A stretch of 9,695 nucleotides of DNA from Fonticula alba ATCC 38817 (lineage: Eukaryota > Protista > Nucleariida), in assembly GCA_000388065.2 (NCBI GenBank), contig KB932230.1; one strand, 5' to 3'. Made by a program: the position numbers and the translations under genes. This document shows, in pieces, positions 1-7,200 of this stretch (within the stretch, counting starts at the first letter, position 1; every line of letters starts with the position of its first letter). The notes under the pieces are model-generated. The model ran no database searches. It saw only the letters and a program-made list of their open reading frames with translations, and was not told where the DNA came from.

Positions 1-184
1 CGGCCCCCGGCCGCTCGGTCCAGGGTCGATCGGGCGGAGCCAGGGGGGCGGGGGGCGCATTTTACGGCTCTTTCGTCCCCGCCCACCCCCCGGCATGCCA
101 GCCCCGCCACCGGTGACAAATGTTTGCTCGACAGCCGCGGCCGACCAGCCGGCCAGCCGGGACACAGCGAGGAGGGGGTCACAT

Positions 185-206
185 ACACACACACACACAC
201 ACACAC
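185..206. repeat. (AC)11 microsatellite
   Basis: Perfect AC repeat read directly. Confidence 0.95.
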
Positions 207-348
207 GCCCGGGGCCACGCATGCACCGATCCCACCACCGCGTCCCGGTTCTCGCGCCCACGTAGCTCTATTTGTCGGCTTGTGTGTCCCTATGTTTGCA
301 CGTGTGTGGGGGAGGACGTATGAGTTTGCTCGTCCGGTGTAATCTTGT

Positions 349-399
349 CCCCCGCCCCCGCCCCCGCCCCCGCCCCCGCCCCCGCCCCGCCCCGCCCCC
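349..399. repeat. (CCCCCG)6(CCCCG)2CCCCC tandem repeat; G-quadruplex-prone on the minus strand
   Basis: Nine runs of 4-5 C separated by single G. Confidence 0.92.
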
Positions 400-636
400 T
401 CCGGTCGCCCCCGGCGTCCCCCGAGAGTGCTGAGGCACGCTAGGATGGCCCCCAGCGTGTCCGTGGCTGCCGCTGCCGTCGGGTTTCGAAAGTGCAGACG
501 TTTCCAGCGCCGGCCCCCGGCCGCCCCCTTCCCCCGCCCCGGACAATCTTCCCCTACATGGCCCCTGGGGAAGTTTGGGCGTTTGTTGGCAGTCGTCGTC
601 TACAGGGCCGCCTGCCCCCTCTCGATTGTCTGTAGT

Positions 637-656
637 TCTCTCTCTCTCTCTCTCTC
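637..656. repeat. (TC)10 microsatellite
   Basis: Read directly. Confidence 0.95.
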
Positions 657-973
657 GCCCTAAGGTGTTCTGGTTTTACACTTCCCACATGCCCCTCGCT
701 GTGATTTCCCTGTTCTTGGAGCCATATTCGAGAGTCCCCGCCGACACACCTCCCGGGATTGCCAGTTCACCATAGCCCGCCTCCTCCCCCGCCCTTGTCT
801 CCCTTTCCTCCTCTCCTGGCCCATCTCCTTGCCTCGCCCCTCTCGCCACCCACCCGCGTAGTTTTCCCATCCCTCCCTGCCCGCCTCCCCGGCCCGGTGC
901 GGCCCCTCCCCACCCCCACCCCCCCGCCCTCCGCCAGATCTCGCCCCCGCTCTGCCCGGGACCCGTCGCTTAC

Positions 974-982
974 TTTTAAAAA
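974..982 (+). promoter_or_regulatory. TTTTAAAAA AT island, possible TATA-like core promoter element
   Basis: The only pure A/T run of this length upstream of the gene, about 55 nt before ATG 1034. Position only; no transcript data. Confidence 0.25.
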
Positions 983-1033
983 GCACACTCCAACACCCTT
1001 GCACACAGAGGCCTGCCGAAAAGAGGACTCCTG

Positions 1034-1277
1034 ATGGGCGCCGCTCAGGGGAGATTCCCCAAATTCGCCTCCCCCAAGTCCAGCACCTCGCAGGGGCCCC
1101 CGCCGCGACCGCAACAGCCACACCCTGGCGCCGGGCCCCCGGCTGGCCATGTGCAGCCCCCACCCACGGGGACCTCGGGCCCTTCGACCATCCCGCCAGC
1201 CGGCCTGGTCAGCGGCTTCGGCCTGACCGAGAAGAACGAGGAGGACCCCTGCCTCGAGTTTGAGGCCGGCCCATGGC
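1034..1277 (+). CDS. Exon 1 (MGAAQGRFPK...EEDPCLEFEAGPW), Pro-rich N-terminus
   Basis: 5' part of ORF 1034..1372. It ends at donor C|GTGCGT (1278), phase 1, matching acceptor ATGCACAG at 1448. The start codon is the least certain part (-3 is C, +4 is G). Confidence 0.72.
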
Positions 1278-4200
1278 GTGCGTCCTCCCCTCCCCCACCT
1301 CCGACGATCCTACTCCCTTTCTCCCCCCCTCCCCCCACTGTCTCCTGCCTGCCCTGTGGCCGTCTCTTCTGACCGTTGCCTGTATCGTCCTCACCATGTG
1401 TTCCCATGCACATTCCGCCCCTCTCCCCCCCCCCCCCCCCATGCACAGTGTCCCTCATCTCGTGGCGCGAAATCCCCCCCAATGAGTCGGCCGCCGATGA
1501 GGCCAAGGCTGCCACGGTGGCCGAGCCCGCCCTTCTGGTCGGCGCCTCGGCCAAGACCCCCCCCGTTTTGCCGACCGACAGTTCTGCCGTGGCGATCCCC
1601 TCGGAGGAGGCTACTGCTCCCGGGCCGGAGGATGCCGTCCCCGTCTCCCCGGCGGCCACCGAGGCCACAACTGCCTGGTCCTCATCGGCCAATGAGTTGT
1701 CCTTGCCCCGGCTGTCAACCGATCTTCCGGCCAACCTGCCGCCGACCTTCCTGCCGGCTCCGGTTGCTCCGGTTATCCAACAGTCTCCCACCTCCGCCAC
1801 GGCGCCCACTCTCCCGATTACCACCGGTGCGTGGTCGCTCGCCCACTCGCCCCCCCTGACACCCCCTCCCCCTCCTGCCTTCCCTGTCCTGCTCCCGTGC
1901 TAACTTGCTGATCCATGTTTCTGTCACTGCATGTGCATGTAAATGTATCCACGCCCCACGCCCACAGGAGGCGCTGCACCGCTCGATGGCTGGCGTTCCA
2001 GCTCGCCGGTCATCTCCGCTTCTCTGGTCGCCCGGGCCGAAGTGATCGCCGATCAGCCGCAGGACGGCCAGCCCGACGCCTCACCCGAGCCCGAGTCCCA
2101 GTCCCAGGCAAGCGATGATGACGATGATGACTCCTTCGAGGAGTTCTCCAGCACCGACTCGATCTCCTCGCTGGGCGGCTTTTCCGAGGACTCGGAGCAG
2201 CAGGAGCGTCTGGTCTTTGATCTGACTCTGCGCGTGAATGATGCCGTTCGCCTGGCCAGCCTCTCCTGCATGGCCACACCACAGACAACCCTCTGGTCCA
2301 AAGCGTCCGTCGGTCAGCCCTACCCCCTGGACAACCCGGCTGTGCGTGCCTCTCTCCGCCTCTCCTCCCTGCCTGCGTCTCCACCTCGTCCTAACCCATG
2401 GGTTATACCCCCCCCCCTGTACTCCCCCAATCCCCCCACACAACCAGGCGATGATGGGCAGTCTCCAGTCCTTCTCGACCGGGCCCTACACCGCCGGGCA
2501 GGTTATCACCGGTCGCGTGTCTTTCAACCTTCCTCTCGACCTGGAGCAGCGGCACTACTTCGCTTGTGTGCGTTCCCCTGCCTCCCCTCTGCCTGCTCTT
2601 GCGCCGGTCCCGGCATCTTGGCCCTAACCCCTCCCCCCCTTCCCTCGGGTGCCTTTCATCCTTTACACAGATCCTCGACCAGAATGGAACCATTCTTGCC
2701 AAGCTGCGGCTCCTCTTCTCCGGGCACATGCACCTGCCGGCCCGGCAGCAGCAGGCCGAGCGTGCCACCCGGCGCGAGCGTGACGCCTACCTGGAGCAGG
2801 TCCGCGAGGTCCTCGGGCAGGACGCCTACCGGGAGTACTTCGTCATTGGCCAGCGCTCCAGCATCAAGCCCAAAACCCGATTCATCTCGAATGATGCCGG
2901 CATCAAGCTGGCCTTCCACCTCTTCGAGCCGCAGACCACCGCGCCCCCGGCGGCATCGGCCGGCTCGGACCCCGCTGCCTCGGGGCCCGGCGACTCGCAC
3001 GACCCGGCCGGCTATACGGCCCCCACTGCGCTGGTGATCATTCCCTGCCATGTGTTGGCCCTGTTCGAATCGCTGGCCCGGCACATGGCCAGCCATGCCA
3101 GCTTTCCGGTTGTGGTGGCTCTTGTCGAGCTGCAGGGCTACGGCCAGAGTGACGGCCGCCGAGCCACCAGCGAGGACCGGCAGGATCTCTGGCGCGACTT
3201 GCGGTCTTTCATTCGCCACCTGAAAATTTCCTTCCCCTGCCTGCCGGTGGTCTTGGGAGGGGCCTTCCGCTTCAGCGGCCTCGTGCTGAATTACGCCACC
3301 TGGCGCCAGCGCGAGCCCATCAATGCCCTGTTCTTCCTGGCGCCGGATGTCTGCGACGAAACCAGCAACATGCAGGGGATCATGAATTTCCACAAGGACA
3401 TCCGCATCAAGGTCAACTGGACCACTCTGGCAGTCGGGGTGCTGACCGGCGGCCGAGTCCAGGGCGACCGCCCTGTGTATGAGCTCTCCTACCCGGAGGG
3501 CTTCACCCGCGCCGTGCCATCGGTGGTGGAGTCCGTCAGTGTGCGTTGCCTTGTTTTTCCCCCCCCCCCCTCTACATGTCCCCCCGGCCTTCGTCCATGG
3601 CCTCCATATTGATCCCCCACAATCCCCCCCCCCTCCCCCTCCCCCCTCCACGCCGCTCCAGATGAACAATCTCCTGGCCACACGCCCCGCCGATGCCCGG
3701 CGCCAGTTTGCCCAGCTGGATGTGCCGTTTGGCTTCTGGATTGGTGAGAACGACGAGTTCATCTTCTCCGAAAAGGCCTCTCTGATCCCGCATCAGGCCA
3801 TCATCTCGGCCCAGTGCCCGGTCAGCGTGCGCACGCACTCGGAAATCCGCATCTTGCCAGATCTCGGGCACTTTGCCATCCTCGGCACACCGGGTGCCAC
3901 GGCGGTTCTCCGGTGGATCCAGCGCGTCGTGCGCCAGGGCGTTGTCTTCCGGAACAGCATGCTCCGTCTGTCCCTCTGGTCGGCTTCCTGTCCGCTGCGT
4001 GCCGGTGCCAATCCCGTGGCGGCCAGTACCACCTCGGCCCCGGGGTCCGCCTCGTCAAGTCCCTTCCTCTCGGCGCCGCTCTTCCTGGGGTTCGGCGGCT
4101 CTGGCGATGTGTCTGGCTCGCATGAGTATGTCACCCCGCCGGCCGGGGGGACCGGGGTGTCGCCGGGCGCCCAGCGGGCCTGGGCGGCCCTGGCCGCTGC

Positions 4201-7200
4201 CTCCGGTGGCACTGGCCGCCCGGGGCACAACTTCGGCCCCGGCTGCTTGGCCCTGCCCTCGACGCCTGTTCCCCGGTCGATGTCCTTCTCGGTGTCCGGC
4301 CGGCGGCGGACGCACCTCTCCTCCGGCGGAGGGCCCATCCGGCCGGCGGGGCTTCTGCCGCTGGAGCAATTCCGCGTTTTGTCCCTCTCGCGCAACAAGG
4401 TCCTGGCCGAGCTCCGGCGCCTGTCCCGGTCGTCGGGGCTGGAGTTCGCGGCCGATGTGGCCGAGCAGGCGCGTGTCATCCTCTTCGACACGCGGGACTT
4501 CCTGCTGGCCGAGACCCATGGAGCTGGGGCTTTCTGTGCGGGGCTGGTGGCACATGTGCCCGCCGCCACGGCGGCCATCCTCGAAGAGCACCATACCCAC
4601 CACCCTGTGGGGACGTTGGGCGGGGCCGGTCCCGTTGGTGGCCGCAGTCGCAGTGGCAGCATCCTCGGTTCGCTGGCGGCCGTGGCCACTGGCGGGTCAG
4701 CCAGTCCGCCTGGGGGTTCTTCCTCGCGACGGGCGTCGCTCAGCGTGCCGGACCCCGGGGCCCGCGCGCGGTCCGGCTCCACGACCGGCCCGATGCCGGT
4801 GTTGCCGCCCACCTCGGCAGCCCGGCCAATCGGCGAGTCCTCCGACGCCGGGGGCTACTTCCTGAACAGTGACGCCGGGGAGACGGCCGCCCCCGGGCAC
4901 CTGGCTGGCATCGGGGCTGGAGCTGCCTGCGGCGGGTGCGAGGCCGAGGCATTGGAGCAATCTGCCGTGCAGGACCAACTGGCCCCGGGCCGGTATTACG
5001 CCGTCCGGCACTTGGTCCATGCGTGTGGCACATTGCAGCCCTTCCTCCAATTTGATCCGGATCCGGCTGTCGCGATGATGCCGGAGCCCGGCGAGGGCGA
5101 GCCTTCCGGGGGGGATACCCCGGAGCCCGAGCCGGACCGGGAGCCACCGGCGGCGGTCCCCTCCGCCGTGTCGCCCCTGCTGCCGGTTCCGGGGCTCACT
5201 TCCACCGGGGGCGGGGCCTCCATCTCGGAGATGCTGTCGCGATTCATCCCCTTCCCCGGGTCGTCTCGGAGTGCCGGGCCCGGTAGTGGGGCCGGACCCC
5301 CGATGTCGGCACCGGCCTCCCCGGCTCCGGACGCCAGGCCGGCCACGCCCCCGGCCTCGGAGGATTCCCCCTTGGCATCGGGATCCGGGTCCACGGAGCA
5401 GCATGTGTCCTCGCTGCCACCGCCGCCGGGGCCGGCTCCCTCGGTGGTGGCCATCCTCCTGGGTGGCCTCTGTACGGTGGGCCTGGCGCGAACCATCACC
5501 CAGCACTACCGGATCCGGGCCCTGGTGGACCTGGACACCGATGTCCTGGGCGGGGCATATGCCAGCATCCGTGGCCACACCCGGCTCCGGGTGCAGGAGC
5601 GCATCCGGCATCTGGTCAGGCACATGCGGTACAATGCGCCTGGCTGTCCGATTGTTCTGGTTGGCCATGGTGTGGGTGCTGCGCATGCGGTGCGCTACAG
5701 TCGCTGGCCCGAGCGCGAGCCCATTCACGGCCTGGTGCAGTTGGCCCCGGTGGCGGCCGACCTGCTGCGTGTGGACGCCGTGGTGTCGGCACTGGCCGAT
5801 GGCATGCAGTCGACCGACGCCGAGGCCTGGTCCGTCGAAGTGGCCACCGAGATCCCGGCTGCCCGTGGCGCAGTGCCACCCCCCCCGGCCTCGGTGGGGA
5901 GACCGGCCACGGGATCCGCCTCGGGGCATTATCAGTTCCCGGCGAACTTCGTCCCGCCGGCCTTCATCAACCCCTTCAACTATGGCATGGCCGTGTGTTC
6001 GGCAGCCGCGGCGGCCGGTGGCCCTGGCGATCCAGTCGGACATGGTGAGGTGGCTGCCTCGGCCCTGATCGAGAGTGCCGTTCGCAGTCGGTCCAGCTCC
6101 CTGGCCGACTGCCTGACCTCGGAGACGGTCTTCTTCGGTGGCCAGGGCACCGACTCGTGGGAGGTGATCAGCACCGTGAGCCCCGGCGCACCGCCGGAGT
6201 CCATGGCCCCAGGTGGCAGCCGGGCACAAACGGCCCCCTCCTCGCCGGAGCAGCGTGCGTCACTGGTCGCCGGGCAGCACCAGCAGCAGCAGCAGCACCA
6301 GCAACAGGCAGCCCGGTATCGGAGCACATCGCGCCCGGTATCTCTGCCCACCAGCGCCCCGGCGGCCTTGGCACCGGGGGAGGCGCGGGTCCTGGCCGCG
6401 GCGTCGGTGGCGGCCAGCGCGCCTGTCGGGGATCTTCTGTCGCATGCCATTGCTCACCTGGTGTCGGGTATTGATGTGGCCTGTGCCGTGTGGTCGGGTG
6501 ATGCGGATGAATTGACCGACCAGTCGCGCCTGGTGGAGGCCATTCGCAACAGCTGCACCATCGACAAGGCCCATGCGGCCATGGTGGTTGCGGGTCTCGG
6601 GGTGCCGGCCGCCAAGCCGGACACCAGCGGCAGCGGTGCCCCGTCCGGGGGCGCAGCATCCTCGGGCGTCGGTGGCGGGATTGCCGGCGGGGTGTCGCCC
6701 ATCACGCCCCCTGGGGGCGGTCCCTCGGCCGGCGCGGCGGGTTCTTCTCTGATCCCCGGGGCTGGCGCCGGTGCCGGTGCCTCTCCCTCCTCGTCGTCCT
6801 CCTCCACCGGCCTGGCCATGGGAGGTGTAGGTGGCCTCGGCGGGGGCGCCAATGCGGCCGCCACCAGCGTCGACCCGGCCACCGGCCAGCTGACCGACCT
6901 GTCCGTGAGCACCCTGCGCCAGGTGGAGCTCCTACATGGGACCTCCTACTTCAGCATCCTGCTCACGACCTCCCCTTCGGTTGGGGCCTGGATCAATGAG
7001 CTGGCGCAGTTGCTGTCGCCGCACTCCAGCCACTCGAGGCTATTTGGGCGTCTGGACGACCCGAAGGCCGTGGCGCGCTATGGGCCGCTGACCGGCGAGG
7101 CCTTTGAACGGCGGAGCATGCTCGGGCGCGGTGCCTTCGGCACGGTGCACCTGGTCCGGCACCGGCCCTCCGGTCGGACCATGGCCATGAAGGCCATGAG

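Noticed and set aside
120-1163. Short ORFs upstream of the gene (120..323, 124..342, 427..663, 575..775, 759..1034, 660..1163)
   Set aside because: Built on (AC)n, (CCCCCG)n, (TC)n and C-run sequence; no GTGCGT donor links any of them to the main CDS.
1045-1824. 259-aa minus-strand ORF
   Set aside because: Antisense to exons 1-2 and reads intron 1 C-runs as poly-Gly.
2656-4812. Minus-strand ORFs 2656..3762 (368 aa) and 3793..4812 (339 aa)
   Set aside because: Antisense to well-supported exons; they cross intron C-runs as poly-Gly and show no domain features.
1260-6068. Alternative-frame + strand ORFs (1260..1859, 3873..4865, 5271..6068 and the tail of 1943..3037 after 2341)
   Set aside because: Pro/Arg-rich off-frame readings of the real exons; stops are scarce at this GC content.
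4697-6229. 510-aa minus-strand ORF
   Set aside because: Antisense shadow of GC-rich exon 6; Arg/Gly-rich with no recognisable motifs.
6255-6260. GTGCGT inside exon 6 as a possible extra donor
   Set aside because: No C/T-rich, AG-free intron body follows; downstream is CAG-rich poly-Gln coding sequence in open frame.
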